A stretch of 32,136 nucleotides of DNA. Source: Oligoflexales bacterium. Its GTDB lineage: Bacteria > Bdellovibrionota_B > Oligoflexia > Oligoflexales > Bog-1112. Numbering within the stretch: position 1 is the first letter of the stretch; each line of letters begins with the position of its first letter. The notes beneath the pieces were generated by a model. That model did not search any database. It had not been told where the DNA came from and worked only from the letters and a program-made list of their open reading frames with translations. Position numbers and translations under genes: made by a program. The stretch lies in NCBI GenBank assembly GCA_045105515.1, contig JBGCDR010000400.1, positions 1-32,136 on the forward strand, written 5' to 3'. Shown here piece after piece: positions 17,312-27,073 of the stretch.

Positions 17312-18610
17312 TTATATTATACCTATGATTCTGGCAAATGCTAACAAGCTAAGGCCAACACCCCAAATCCAAAAAAAGGAATACATGACATGCCGTCCCA
17401 TCTCAAGTCCTGCCAATCCCAAGGCAAGCCACAAAGCTGGGGAAAATGGGCTGACAAAGGTTCCGACAATATTGCCGATTAACATAGCATAGGCAGCTGA
17501 CTCGGGTGTAACTCCATATCCACTTACGACTTTCTGAACAACAGGAACAAGAGCGAAATAGTAAGCATCTGTATTTAAGATCAGCTCGAAAGGCACTCCA
17601 ACAATCCCCACAATAATATGCAAATATGGCACCGTATGCTCTGGAAGGAAAGATATAAGGCTAAGAGCAAGGGAATCCAGCATACCTGTCATTTTCAGCA
17701 CACCTAAAAAAACTCCTGCTGCGAAAATGACCGAAGCCATAACAAGAGCATCTGGAGCATGAGCTCTGATCTGGTCCATCTGGGTTTTAACATCTGGATA
17801 ATTCAGCATAAGCGCCGCGCATACTGCCAACATAAAGACAAAAGCAGAAGGTAGTAAGCCACTCATGAGCGTAGCGATAAGAAGGACAGTAAGCAGAAAA
17901 TTACTGCGTTTAAAGGCAAAGTACCCACTTCTAAATTGCGCTTGTGGTTCTGGTGTTGCTGATACCCTAGGTTCGATATCTGTAACGGGACACAGCCTCA
18001 GAATCCTGGATTCACGGATGCCGAGAAACATAGCCATAGCTAAGAGCAAGGCCATTGCTGCCAGTTGTACTGGAATCAGAGGATACCATAGACTTACTGG
18101 ATCTGAGCCTAGAACCGAAGCCACTCGTCCAATAGGGCCCGCCCATGGAAGCATATTCATAATACTCGCGCTTGAGCTAACCAACAATAGAAGCAGATAG
18201 GGGCTTAACTTAAGGTGCTGGTAAAGAGGTAGTAATGCTGGTATAGCAATCAAGAAAGTCGACGCCCCGGAACCATCTAGATGCGCCATTGCTGCAATCA
18301 TAATGGTTAGCACTGTTACTGATAAAATGTTCCCTCTAGTCATATCAATGAGCTTGTTCAGAATGGGCTCAAATAGTCCAACATCACGCATAATACCAAA
18401 ATATAGAATGGCAAATATAAAAATGACAGCTACAGACATTACTTTGTTTAGCCCTTCCGAAAAGAACATTCCCAGATCCTTCAGTCCGAAACCTGCTAAT
18501 AGCGCTCCTACCACCGGTATCACTATCAAAGCAATAATAGGGCTTACTTTTCCGCTCATAAGAACAGCAACAACACTCACAACGATTAGGAAGCCTGCGA
18601 GACTAAGCAT
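17312..18610 (-). CDS. CitMHS-family citrate/divalent-metal:H+ symporter
   Basis: FAILYFGIM.D.GLF.P, HLDGSGASTFL..IPALLPLY, MNMLPWAGP and TDAYYF motifs; polytopic membrane protein. Confidence 0.9.
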   Translation of the reverse strand: MLSLAGFLIVVSVVAVLMSGKVSPIIALIVIPVVGALLAGFGLKDLGMFFSEGLNKVMSVAVIFIFAILYFGIMRDVGLFEPILNKLIDMTRGNILSVTVLTIMIAAMAHLDGSGASTFLIAIPALLPLYQHLKLSPYLLLLLVSSSASIMNMLPWAGPIGRVASVLGSDPVSLWYPLIPVQLAAMALLLAMAMFLGIRESRILRLCPVTDIEPRVSATPEPQAQFRSGYFAFKRSNFLLTVLLIATLMSGLLPSAFVFMLAVCAALMLNYPDVKTQMDQIRAHAPDALVMASVIFAAGVFLGVLKMTGMLDSLALSLISFLPEHTVPYLHIIVGIVGVPFELILNTDAYYFALVPVVQKVVSGYGVTPESAAYAMLIGNIVGTFVSPFSPALWLALGLAGLEMGRHVMYSFFWIWGVGLSLLAFARIIGII

Positions 18611-18727
18611 CTTAGATTTTCCGCTTTTGAAAAGACTAGGTGAGTTTCCAGATTAAAAAAAACCATACTACCGGTCAAGCTCTGGATGGTGTTTGATGGC
18701 TCTGTCAATTAAAATTGGAATGTGATG

Positions 18728-19429
18728 CTATGTTCCTAAACGTCCATTTGGATAAAAAACATTGATTTGAGACGATTTATCCGCTTTTTCTAGCCGTTCT
18801 GTGAGTAAGCTTAGGCTACTTTTTTTAAGGTTTGCAACATTAAATACAAAGGAGGTAATCCCATCATAGGTACGAGAACTCACAAATTCATAGCTCCGAC
18901 ACTTTGCTGCTTTTAGTATGTTTTCAAAATCAGTGATACGAATACTTTTTGAAGTATTATAGGTAAGAACAGCAAAATTTTTTCCTTGTATACTTTCTGG
19001 GAGCACATAGTTGCGAATTACTGAGTAAGCAAAAAATAAGAAAATAAGTCCACCACCGATTAGAGGCTTCATTATCGCACATGAAATGGCGCAAGCGAGG
19101 GCAATGACGATAAATGAAATGTCTTCAGCTCTTTTTACAGGAGAACGAAATCTCACGAACGAAAGAGCACCAAGCAAACCTACTGAAAGAGGTAAACTGT
19201 ACTGAATTACCCAAAAAATTGTCATGAGAGTAGGGGTTAAGAGTACAAGGCTTCTTGCTAAACTTGCATCATGAGGTTCATTATCTCGAAAGTATATATT
19301 GTATAGAATATTTAACATGATCCCATATGAAAGCGCGATTAATACCATGAGAACATAGGTACTTGTGTATGCTTGTGATTTCGAGGCATCTAAGGGCATG
19401 GAGTTTAAAACCGTTGCAAGTTCATTCAT
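18728..19429 (-). CDS. DUF4956 membrane protein
   Basis: SLPLSVGLLGALSFVRFRSPVK..EDI.F motif; several TM helices followed by a soluble C-terminal domain. Confidence 0.88.
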   Translation of the reverse strand: MNELATVLNSMPLDASKSQAYTSTYVLMVLIALSYGIMLNILYNIYFRDNEPHDASLARSLVLLTPTLMTIFWVIQYSLPLSVGLLGALSFVRFRSPVKRAEDISFIVIALACAISCAIMKPLIGGGLIFLFFAYSVIRNYVLPESIQGKNFAVLTYNTSKSIRITDFENILKAAKCRSYEFVSSRTYDGITSFVFNVANLKKSSLSLLTERLEKADKSSQINVFYPNGRLGT

Positions 19430-19443
19430 GGTTGCTTGCTTCC

Positions 19444-20163
19444 TTATATCATTTTGTTATCAAGTAAGTCTAAACCTAGCATAAATTTAGAGAAAGAAAC
19501 CTGCTTTAAAGGAATAAGGCCATTAAAAGGTAAGGTTGGTCTATGATCTTTAGTCTTTATTTCAAGCACATGATAAGGCAAAGCAGCATATGTCTTAGCC
19601 CGAGGTAAGCCATTACTTAGGCTAAATGCTTCAATATTTTTATCGAGCGTGATGCGATAATCATACTTTCGATACCTATGCCTTTGGTATTGGATTCGTA
19701 CCGAAGGAAATAGAGGGCCGAATGCTTGCCCATTGAATTTGATTTGCTTAAAGTCATCATCATTATTCTTGCTTATTAACTCTTCCCATAGCGGGGCTTT
19801 ATTACCGGACATAACTATTGGAACGATCTTTGATTTATACTTAAAAACTCCAGATAAAGTTTTGAATTTCTGGTGTACTTGGACAAAGGTGGATTCATCA
19901 TAAGCTCTTATTCGAAATTTAACCTTGTTGGCATCTCCGTTGAGACACTGTTGCAAGGTATCTTCGTTCAGAGTGTCGTAATAAACAGAATTAACTAAGC
20001 CCATTTCGTAGGGATCCGAGTGTCCTATAAACTCTGATAGCAAGTCTTCAATATATGCCAGTAAATGGTGGGTTATAAGGTATTTATACTCGTAATAATT
20101 AGATGCAGAGCTATCGCTCCTTAGATCGCTATTTAAAAGTTTTTTGAGTCGATTGAGCAGCAT
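19444..20163 (-). CDS. VTC-domain (polyphosphate polymerase / CYTH-like) protein
   Basis: EYKY, SVYYDT, KFRIRAY, Y.R..Y, RITLD, VLEIK and FSKF..G motifs of the bacterial VTC domain. Confidence 0.88.
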   Translation of the reverse strand: MLLNRLKKLLNSDLRSDSSASNYYEYKYLITHHLLAYIEDLLSEFIGHSDPYEMGLVNSVYYDTLNEDTLQQCLNGDANKVKFRIRAYDESTFVQVHQKFKTLSGVFKYKSKIVPIVMSGNKAPLWEELISKNNDDDFKQIKFNGQAFGPLFPSVRIQYQRHRYRKYDYRITLDKNIEAFSLSNGLPRAKTYAALPYHVLEIKTKDHRPTLPFNGLIPLKQVSFSKFMLGLDLLDNKMI

Positions 20164-20323
20164 TTATTGTTTACCAATCAATGTCTAGGTAAAGCGAAGG
20201 ATTGCTTGGCTCCAGAAAAATACTGTATATGATTTAAGATGAATTTCAATTGTTTTCAAAATAGTCTTAAGAATGCAGGTCTAAGTCTATGGTTAAAAGG
20301 AGGGAGGCGGCTAGTCGTCAGTT

Positions 20324-21268
20324 TCAGTGTCTGAGGAGCTGCTCAACGGTGAAGTTATAGGTTTTTGAGCAGAAGTGGCAGACTGTTTCCAGTTTTCCTG
20401 TTTCCAGCTCAGTCCTTCTAAGTTCATCTTCTCCCAAGGATAGGAGTGCCATGGCCATACGTTGGTGACTACAGAAGCAGTTGAAACCAAGAGGTTGGGT
20501 CTGCATATTCGGTTCCGGGCTCCCCACGACCGAGATATCGGATAAAATTTGATAGAGTGACATTCCTTTGGCAAGCTTTTCGGAAAGCTGAAGGTTCTCA
20601 CTAACCTGCTGTTCGTAATGCTCAAGGATTGTTTCGTCAATGTCATCATCTCCTGCTATCTTTTGAATTAAGATTGCTCCTGCACCTAGAACCTCGCCAG
20701 TTTTTGACAAGTGGACCCCGGCTCCCAAAATGGTAGGAATCTGTTCAGATTCAAGGTAGTAGTGAGCGATGTCTTCAGCAATTTCGCCTGATTTCAAATC
20801 ACAAATTGCTGTGTACGGATTACTGGTGCTTTTATGCCCGATTTTAACAGATAATGTTCCTTCGTTCCCCATTGCTTCTCCAACACTTTGGGGGGCGTTA
20901 TCCTCAGAACCTAGCTGGCTTGTAATTTGAGAAGGGTTTACAAAACCACGCAAGCTTCCCGGTTGGATGTATTCAGCTAGGATATTGGTAATATAGGAGT
21001 CATTCGCTTTAAAATGGCATTGGACATAAGCATCTTCTCGTTTTAAAGTCGAACCCATAACAGCACAAGCTCCTAGTGCCCTGCCAAGAGCTATGGTGGT
21101 CACTGGATCGAGTTGGTGTAGCTTTTGAGCTGTTTTTACCGTATCGGTAACCCGACACAAGGCGATGCGAAGAGCTTTATTGTGTATCAAGCCCTGGATC
21201 ATTTCATCTTTAATTGTCGTTGGTTTTAGTTTTTTTTTGTAGTTATCAATGTTTATTGTGTTTCCCAT
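20324..21268 (-). CDS. hslO: Hsp33 redox-regulated chaperone
   Basis: ALGRAL, SGEIAEDI.HY...SEQIPT and the CxC...CxxC (CFCS...CHFC) zinc switch. Confidence 0.93.
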   Translation of the reverse strand: MGNTINIDNYKKKLKPTTIKDEMIQGLIHNKALRIALCRVTDTVKTAQKLHQLDPVTTIALGRALGACAVMGSTLKREDAYVQCHFKANDSYITNILAEYIQPGSLRGFVNPSQITSQLGSEDNAPQSVGEAMGNEGTLSVKIGHKSTSNPYTAICDLKSGEIAEDIAHYYLESEQIPTILGAGVHLSKTGEVLGAGAILIQKIAGDDDIDETILEHYEQQVSENLQLSEKLAKGMSLYQILSDISVVGSPEPNMQTQPLGFNCFCSHQRMAMALLSLGEDELRRTELETGKLETVCHFCSKTYNFTVEQLLRH

Positions 21269-21737
21269 CCGAGACCCCAGCTGCATTCGCTGTTTCAGTT
21301 TTAAAGTGTTCTTGAACTTCTCTTGGTAACCTCTGAGGGCGTCCCCGTTTATTGATGCTTACCAACTCTATCAGACCCTCTACAACCATTGGGTTGTTTT
21401 GGTCATCTAGATTGCTCAATACATATGCTTCATGGCGAAAAATGACAAGAGGAGAGTCGCTATATTTAACTTGCGACTCAATGACCAAGGTGTCGCTATG
21501 CTTCACCGGGCGAAGGTAGTTTATTTCTGCCTTTCTTACGACAAAGTGTTTGCCAGCATCATATAGTTCTTTGACAAATTTAAGGCCTAGAGCTTCTTCC
21601 CTAGCACGGTCAAAGTACTTTAGAAAATTTGCGTGAAACACATACCCGGTAAAATCGGTATCTTCGTAATAGATGGGAAGGGTGATCCTGCTAACATTTT
21701 GAAAAGCTAATTCATTTGCTTGTGAATATTTTGCCAT
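21246..21737 (-). CDS. ybgC: YbgC/4HBT-family acyl-CoA thioesterase
   Basis: IYYEDTD.TG.V.HANFLKYFDRAR hot-dog thioesterase motif. Confidence 0.85.
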   Translation of the reverse strand: MAKYSQANELAFQNVSRITLPIYYEDTDFTGYVFHANFLKYFDRAREEALGLKFVKELYDAGKHFVVRKAEINYLRPVKHSDTLVIESQVKYSDSPLVIFRHEAYVLSNLDDQNNPMVVEGLIELVSINKRGRPQRLPREVQEHFKTETANAAGVSDGKHNKH

Positions 21738-22602
21738 AAAGGTATTCCAGATTTCTTTGGGTTTCTATGGGAATCATATCCCGATTTGTGACAAGCATAG
21801 AACTCATTGAGCCTTTAAGAGAGTGAGGCATTTCTGCTGGTAAATTCTTAGCTAGCTCAGCCACAATTTCATTTGCTGTTTTAGCATTGTTTTTGAGAAC
21901 CTGTAAGATTGCTTCGACTGAGGCATCCTCCTCGGTTTCATGCCAGCAGTCATAATCTGTAGCAAGTCCTAGCAACGCGAAGGGAAGCTCAGCTTCTTTT
22001 GCCAGAGGTGCTTCAGGGTGTGCCGTCATTCCTATACAGCTTGGTTCCATGGTTCGACGAAAGTAATGGGATTCTGCCCTGGTGCTAAAGCGGGGGCCCT
22101 CTACACACACATAGGTGCCACTGTCGTGGACTTTCTTAGCTTTCGCATTTGCTGCAGTGAAGCAAAGCTCTCTAAATTGGTTGCAAAAGGGGTCAGCGAA
22201 CATTACATGGCCTACAGCACCCTTACCAAAAAAACTAGGTGTGCGGATTCCTTTAGTGACATCGATGATTTGGTCGGGAAGTATCATATCACCTGGAGTG
22301 ATATCCTCTTTCATGATACCGACTGCTGAAATTGCCAGAAGGTGGCTAACTCCACACTGCTTTAGAGCAGCTATATTCGCCCGAAAAGGAATTTCTGTCG
22401 GACTTATGGAGTGACCGCGCCCATGTCTTGGCAGGAAAAAAACGGTATTCCCACCAATGTCAGTTTCGACGATAAGGTCTGAAGGCTTACCAAAGGGAGT
22501 ACAAATCTCGTGCTCTTTAATTATTTTTGCCTGTTCCATTTTGTAGAGACCTGAACCACCAATAACTCCAAGGACTACAGGCTGGGCTGATTGTTCACTC
22601 AT
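21712..22602 (-). CDS. mtnP: S-methyl-5'-thioadenosine phosphorylase
   Basis: GVIGGSGLY, LPRHGRGH, EGPRFSTRAES, GMT..PEA.LA.E and ATDYDCWH. The ATG at 22602 has a GGAG RBS (alternative start 22617). Confidence 0.93.
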   Translation of the reverse strand: MSEQSAQPVVLGVIGGSGLYKMEQAKIIKEHEICTPFGKPSDLIVETDIGGNTVFFLPRHGRGHSISPTEIPFRANIAALKQCGVSHLLAISAVGIMKEDITPGDMILPDQIIDVTKGIRTPSFFGKGAVGHVMFADPFCNQFRELCFTAANAKAKKVHDSGTYVCVEGPRFSTRAESHYFRRTMEPSCIGMTAHPEAPLAKEAELPFALLGLATDYDCWHETEEDASVEAILQVLKNNAKTANEIVAELAKNLPAEMPHSLKGSMSSMLVTNRDMIPIETQRNLEYLYGKIFTSK

Positions 22603-22737
22603 TTTTATAAACTCCATAATTTAGGATTTTGGACTAAAGGAACAGTTTAACAAAAAACAATCTAAGGTGAACCAGCCATCCCCAAAGCATTTCGCGAAAG
22701 GCTTGTAAAGGATCTTCTACAATCAAATAGAAGTCCC

Positions 22738-22773
22738 GAAAGAGATGCCCAAGGTCCCTTTGGGACTGGGCAT
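22738..22773 (-). terminator. Probable intrinsic terminator after tex
   Basis: Minus strand ATGCCCA-GTCCC-AAA-GGGAC-CT-TGGGCAT hairpin followed by CTCTTT (weak U tract). Confidence 0.5.
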
Positions 22774-22814
22774 GACAGTAAAGGAGGGGGTGTATTAAGG
22801 TAATATTAAGGAGC

Positions 22815-25286
22815 TTAAGAATTAGAGTTGAATTTATTCAGTAGGTCGTCCATTGAGAAATGCTTAGGGCTGCGAGCAGGCCCTTTGTTCGGTCGCTTAG
22901 GCGGACGTCGATCCCCTTGCCTGGGGGCCCTGTTAGCTGAAGCTCTTTGGTGGTTAGAAGTCCTATTGCCGTTAGTTTGTTCTCGCCTTGGCCTCGTTTG
23001 GGTTTGTTGAGTATTGTTTTGACTTGGCTGCTTGCAGCTTAGGCTAATCCTTTTGCGATTCACATCAACATCCAAGACATAAACGTCGAGAACATCCCCA
23101 ACTGAAACTACATTAGCAGGGTCTTTAACAAAAGTAGCCGACAGTTCACTAATGTGAACCAGGCCATCTTGATGGACCCCGATATCTACAAAGGCACCAA
23201 AATTAGTGACGTTTGAAACGGTTCCTTTTAGCTTCATGCCAATTTTTAGGTCTTCTATAGTCGCAACATTTTCAGAAAATGTTAAGCGAGAGCCATCTTC
23301 GCGTGGGTCGCGACCTGGCTTTAGAAGCTCACTAGAAATGTCAAGAAGGGTGGGCATTCCGATAGACTCATCCACGTATTTTTCGAGTGAGATGGTGTCT
23401 ATAGTTTCTTTTTTTCCTACAAGATCACTAACAGGCATCTGCAGGTCAGTGGCTATTTTTTCTACGATCGGATAGCTTTCAGGGTGAACAGATGAGTTGT
23501 CAAGAGGGTTTTCTGAATTGATGACTCTGAGGAATCCTGCAGCTTGTTCAAAGGCCTTTGGTCCAAAACCTGAGACATCTTTGATCGTAGTTCGTGAAGA
23601 AAAGGCACCATTCTGGTCTCTAAAATTTATGATATTGCGGGCAAGTGCATTGCCTATCCCCGAAACATAGCTTAGCAGCTTATATGATGCAGTATTGACA
23701 TTGACACCTACACGGTTCACGCAGCTTTCTACTGTTTCTTTGAGCGAAGTATTCAATTTAGTTACGTTGCAGTCATGCTGGTATTGGCCTACACCAATTG
23801 ACCGTGGATCAACTTTGACTAGCTCAGCTAGAGGATCTTGAAGCCTTCTTGCAATGCTGATTGCGCTCCTAATAGTTGGATCGAGCTCAGGGAACTCTTC
23901 CCGGGCAATATCATCAGTTGAATAAACACTAGCACCAGCTTCGTTCACCACTAAACGTTTTACATTTAGTTTATGTTCTTTGATGAGCTTGATTACGAGC
24001 TGATCAATCTCTCTACTGCCTGTTCCATTACCAATTGCAACAAAGCCCACATTGTGCTTCTGAATTAGCTCCAAGATGGTTTTAAGGGCATCAATGGATT
24101 TATCCGCATCCATTTTGTTTGGAATTGGGTAAACGGTGTTGTGATCCAGTAGTTTCCCTGTTTCAGAAACAACCGCAAGTTTTGATCCTGTTCGTAAGCC
24201 AGGGTCAATTCCCATCACGATTTTTCCAGGGATGGGTGGGAGCAATAAGAGGTTCTCTAGGTTAGTAGAAAAAACTTTGATTGCTTCTTCTTCAGCACGA
24301 TTTTTAAGTTGTAACCTAATCTCAGTTTCGATAGAAGGAGCGATTAAACGCCTATATGCATCATGAGTGATACTAGTGATCCACTCTCTTATTTCTTTAG
24401 TAGTTTCTTGGTCTTCAAAAATCTTGGTAGTTAACTCACTGACGATAAGCTCGTTATCCACTTCAATGTTTAGTTTCAGTACTTTTTCTGATTCTCCACG
24501 TCTTACTGCCATGATGCGATGGGAAGCTGCAGAGTGGATTGGTTCTCGGTAATCAAAGTAGTTTTCGTACTTACTTGGATTAGTTTTTTTCTTTTTGATG
24601 TCTATAGCTGCCGTGTTCGTGCTAGGTACTTCAATCTTTTTAGATGCAATAACACCGGTCTCATTGCTTACTTTTCGAACATAACTTCGATAGGTAGCGT
24701 TTTCGTGAATTTTCTCAGCTAAAATATCACCAGCTCCGGTAAGTGCTTCTTCGGGTGAGTTTACATGAAGTTTTTCGTCAAGCGCATTTTCACCAGATTT
24801 TTTTTCTTCGGGAGTAATATAGTCTTTAGCGAGACCTAGAAGGTCAACCAGGCTGGCACGTTGATCTAGGATACTGTTCAGTAAAGGCTCCAAGCCCTTC
24901 TCTTTAGCAACCTGGGCCCTGGTACGCCGCTTAGGTTTAAAGGGAAGGTATAAGTCTTCTAGTTCCTGTTTCGTTTTACATGCCTGAAAGCGTAGGCGCA
25001 GATCGGGAAGTTTCTCTACTAGCTCAGGTTTGTTTTTACAATGCTCTTCGACTACTTTTAGATACCTTGCTTTGATGGACTCTAACTCCATCATATAGTG
25101 ATATCGATCTCTTAAATCTCTGAGCTTCACTTCGTCCATCGAGCCAGTAATTTCTTTTCTGTATCGGGCGACGAAGGGAATAGTGCAGTCTTCTTCAAAG
25201 AGCAAGTTGATCGCATTTTGAGCGTGAACTACATTCAAGGTTAATTCATCTGCTAGCTTTTTGACCAGGTCTTTCATAGGTCTCAT
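22815..25286 (-). CDS. tex: Tex-family RNA-binding transcription accessory protein (YqgF, HhH, S1 domains)
   Basis: TIPFVARYRKEITG, LEDLYLPFKPKRRTRA, GIDPGLRTGSK, VNEAGASVYS, ARRLQDPLAELVK and S1 GTVSNVTNFGAFVDIG. Confidence 0.96.
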   Translation of the reverse strand: MRPMKDLVKKLADELTLNVVHAQNAINLLFEEDCTIPFVARYRKEITGSMDEVKLRDLRDRYHYMMELESIKARYLKVVEEHCKNKPELVEKLPDLRLRFQACKTKQELEDLYLPFKPKRRTRAQVAKEKGLEPLLNSILDQRASLVDLLGLAKDYITPEEKKSGENALDEKLHVNSPEEALTGAGDILAEKIHENATYRSYVRKVSNETGVIASKKIEVPSTNTAAIDIKKKKTNPSKYENYFDYREPIHSAASHRIMAVRRGESEKVLKLNIEVDNELIVSELTTKIFEDQETTKEIREWITSITHDAYRRLIAPSIETEIRLQLKNRAEEEAIKVFSTNLENLLLLPPIPGKIVMGIDPGLRTGSKLAVVSETGKLLDHNTVYPIPNKMDADKSIDALKTILELIQKHNVGFVAIGNGTGSREIDQLVIKLIKEHKLNVKRLVVNEAGASVYSTDDIAREEFPELDPTIRSAISIARRLQDPLAELVKVDPRSIGVGQYQHDCNVTKLNTSLKETVESCVNRVGVNVNTASYKLLSYVSGIGNALARNIINFRDQNGAFSSRTTIKDVSGFGPKAFEQAAGFLRVINSENPLDNSSVHPESYPIVEKIATDLQMPVSDLVGKKETIDTISLEKYVDESIGMPTLLDISSELLKPGRDPREDGSRLTFSENVATIEDLKIGMKLKGTVSNVTNFGAFVDIGVHQDGLVHISELSATFVKDPANVVSVGDVLDVYVLDVDVNRKRISLSCKQPSQNNTQQTQTRPRREQTNGNRTSNHQRASANRAPRQGDRRPPKRPNKGPARSPKHFSMDDLLNKFNSNS

Positions 25287-25312
25287 TCCGCCTATCTAAG
25301 TTTTTTGGTTAA

Positions 25313-25729
25313 TTAAAATAATTCGATTCCGGGAAAGAAGTAGCTCAATTCCCTTTTGGCCGACTCTAAAGAGTCGGATCCGTGAACGCTGTTTTCTCCA
25401 ACGCTCTGGGCGAATAGCTTACGGATGGTACCTTCAGCTGCATCGGCAGGGTTTGTTGCTCCCATGATGTCGCGATTCTTTTTGACAGCGTTTTCACCCT
25501 TCAATGCCATAAGCACAACAGGGTGAGAGCACATAAATTCAACCAATTCTCCGAAGAATGGGCGTTCTTTGTGCTCAGCATAAAAGCCTTCGGCTTCTTC
25601 TTTGGAGAGTTTTTTCATCTTCATAGCTGCAATGCTTAGGCCTTCTTCTTCGAATCTACCTACGATCTTGCCAATTAGGTTGCGCTTAGTTGCATCTGGT
25701 TTGACGATGGAAAAAGTTGTCTCAATCAA
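25313..25729 (-). CDS. ndk: Nucleoside diphosphate kinase
   Basis: [20 protein letters not shown] and NSVHGSDS (catalytic His); TTG start with AGGAGG RBS. Confidence 0.97.
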   Translation of the reverse strand: MIETTFSIVKPDATKRNLIGKIVGRFEEEGLSIAAMKMKKLSKEEAEGFYAEHKERPFFGELVEFMCSHPVVLMALKGENAVKKNRDIMGATNPADAAEGTIRKLFAQSVGENSVHGSDSLESAKRELSYFFPGIELF

Positions 25730-25981
25730 AAGTCTGTCCTCCTGAAGGTCATTGGTTATAAAGATTATTGACTCTAACTTGTTAGAATCAGTTGAAAAAG
25801 ATCATAAAAAAACGCAAAGTGCGAACAAGCCATCGGTCCTGCAAATCAAGGCTCTTAGCTTGGGAATTAAAATGGGATCTTTTTCAGCCAACTCCAACTT
25901 GGCGTCTAGTCTCAGAGCTATGACGCTTTTAGACATGGCATATTACTGCTTTCCATAAATTTGGCAAGTCTAGGCTCCCAT

Positions 25982-26497
25982 CTAGTTAAAAAATGTCCTT
26001 ATGATTCCATAGACTAGGGCTGCAAATAACCCAGCAATGAGATCGTCCAATAAGGTTCCAAAAGGAATTTCAACATTCTTGTCGACCCAGCCAATAGGTC
26101 CAGGTTTGAAAATATCAAATATTCTAAAGAGTATAAAAGTACTAAGCATCATTGTGAAACTGTGAGGAAACCAAATGCTGGCCAACATTTGCCCAAGGAC
26201 CTCATCGATGACAATGCTCTTGTCGTCGTGGGAATTCCAAGAAGCCTCGGTTTTAGCGATGCACCAAGTCCCGCCCCATGAAAGGAGTGCCAGGAGAAGG
26301 CATGCCAATACTCCTGCGCTAAGATTTAGTGGTTTTCCTTGGGGGCTAGCTGTTAAGTAAGCGCATGCTTGGTGTCCTAGCCACGCACACCCTAAGCCAG
26401 GAATTGACCCCCAAGTGCCGGGGGCCTTTGGAATAAGGCCTATTCCGAAGACGCTCGATATTTTATCAGGAAATGATTTAATGGGCTTAAAAGTCAT
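25982..26497 (-). CDS. pgpA: Phosphatidylglycerophosphatase A
   Basis: PKAPGTWGS, HD...IVIDEV.G, FR.FDI.KP.PI and LDDL.AG. Confidence 0.94.
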   Translation of the reverse strand: MTFKPIKSFPDKISSVFGIGLIPKAPGTWGSIPGLGCAWLGHQACAYLTASPQGKPLNLSAGVLACLLLALLSWGGTWCIAKTEASWNSHDDKSIVIDEVLGQMLASIWFPHSFTMMLSTFILFRIFDIFKPGPIGWVDKNVEIPFGTLLDDLIAGLFAALVYGIIRTFFN

Positions 26498-26518
26498 GGT
26501 AGTTCTTGTAACAGCGGA

Positions 26519-27073
26519 TCATTCTTGTTTCACAGTTGCAATCGGGGACCCGACCTGAATCGTCTCGCCTTCCTTAACACTGATGGATTCGAGCGTACCG
26601 CTATGCTGGGCTTGAATGTTATTTTCCATCTTCATGGCTTCGATAATAGCAACGACCTCACCCTTTTTAACCGATGATCCAGGGGTTTTGCAAACTTTTA
26701 TCACTTTGCCAGTCATTGGGGCTTTTATATTAATTCCTTTTTGCGTCATAGCTTTCTGGCGGAATAGGGTTTCTTTGCCGACTGGACTGATCTGTGCCTC
26801 AAAACTAATACTATTTAGGCCACCAATGCTTAGACGGGTGTTAGCTAAAAGCTCAGCAGGTAGGTGCTCAACCTGGCTGGAACGGATTTTGACTACCTTT
26901 TCAAATGACTGTCCCTCTTTGCCGATAAAGATTGTGTTTAATTTAGGTTCCCAGCGAATCTTGATAGTTTTGTCAATTAATGATCCCCAACTTGCAACAC
27001 CAGGAGTTAGAGGAGGGACTAATCCGGCTTTGAGAGTCTTGTTGTTTTCTAACGTGATAGACCAAAGCTTCAT
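26519..27073 (-). CDS. Biotin carboxyl carrier protein of an acyl-CoA carboxylase
   Basis: APMTGKV and the EAMKMEN biotinylation motif. Confidence 0.93.
   Translation of the reverse strand: MKLWSITLENNKTLKAGLVPPLTPGVASWGSLIDKTIKIRWEPKLNTIFIGKEGQSFEKVVKIRSSQVEHLPAELLANTRLSIGGLNSISFEAQISPVGKETLFRQKAMTQKGINIKAPMTGKVIKVCKTPGSSVKKGEVVAIIEAMKMENNIQAQHSGTLESISVKEGETIQVGSPIATVKQE

Noticed and set aside
20311..20649. 112-aa minus-strand ORF overlapping the hslO 3' end
   Set aside because: Alternate frame within hslO, whose own frame carries the intact CxC/CxxC motif.
14031..25984. Genome-wide TAG reassignment, suggested by the PLD extension
   Set aside because: Other TAG-ending genes (DUF4956 at 18728, pgpA at 25982) end at expected family lengths and hit further stops soon after, and no conserved gene is interrupted by TAG.
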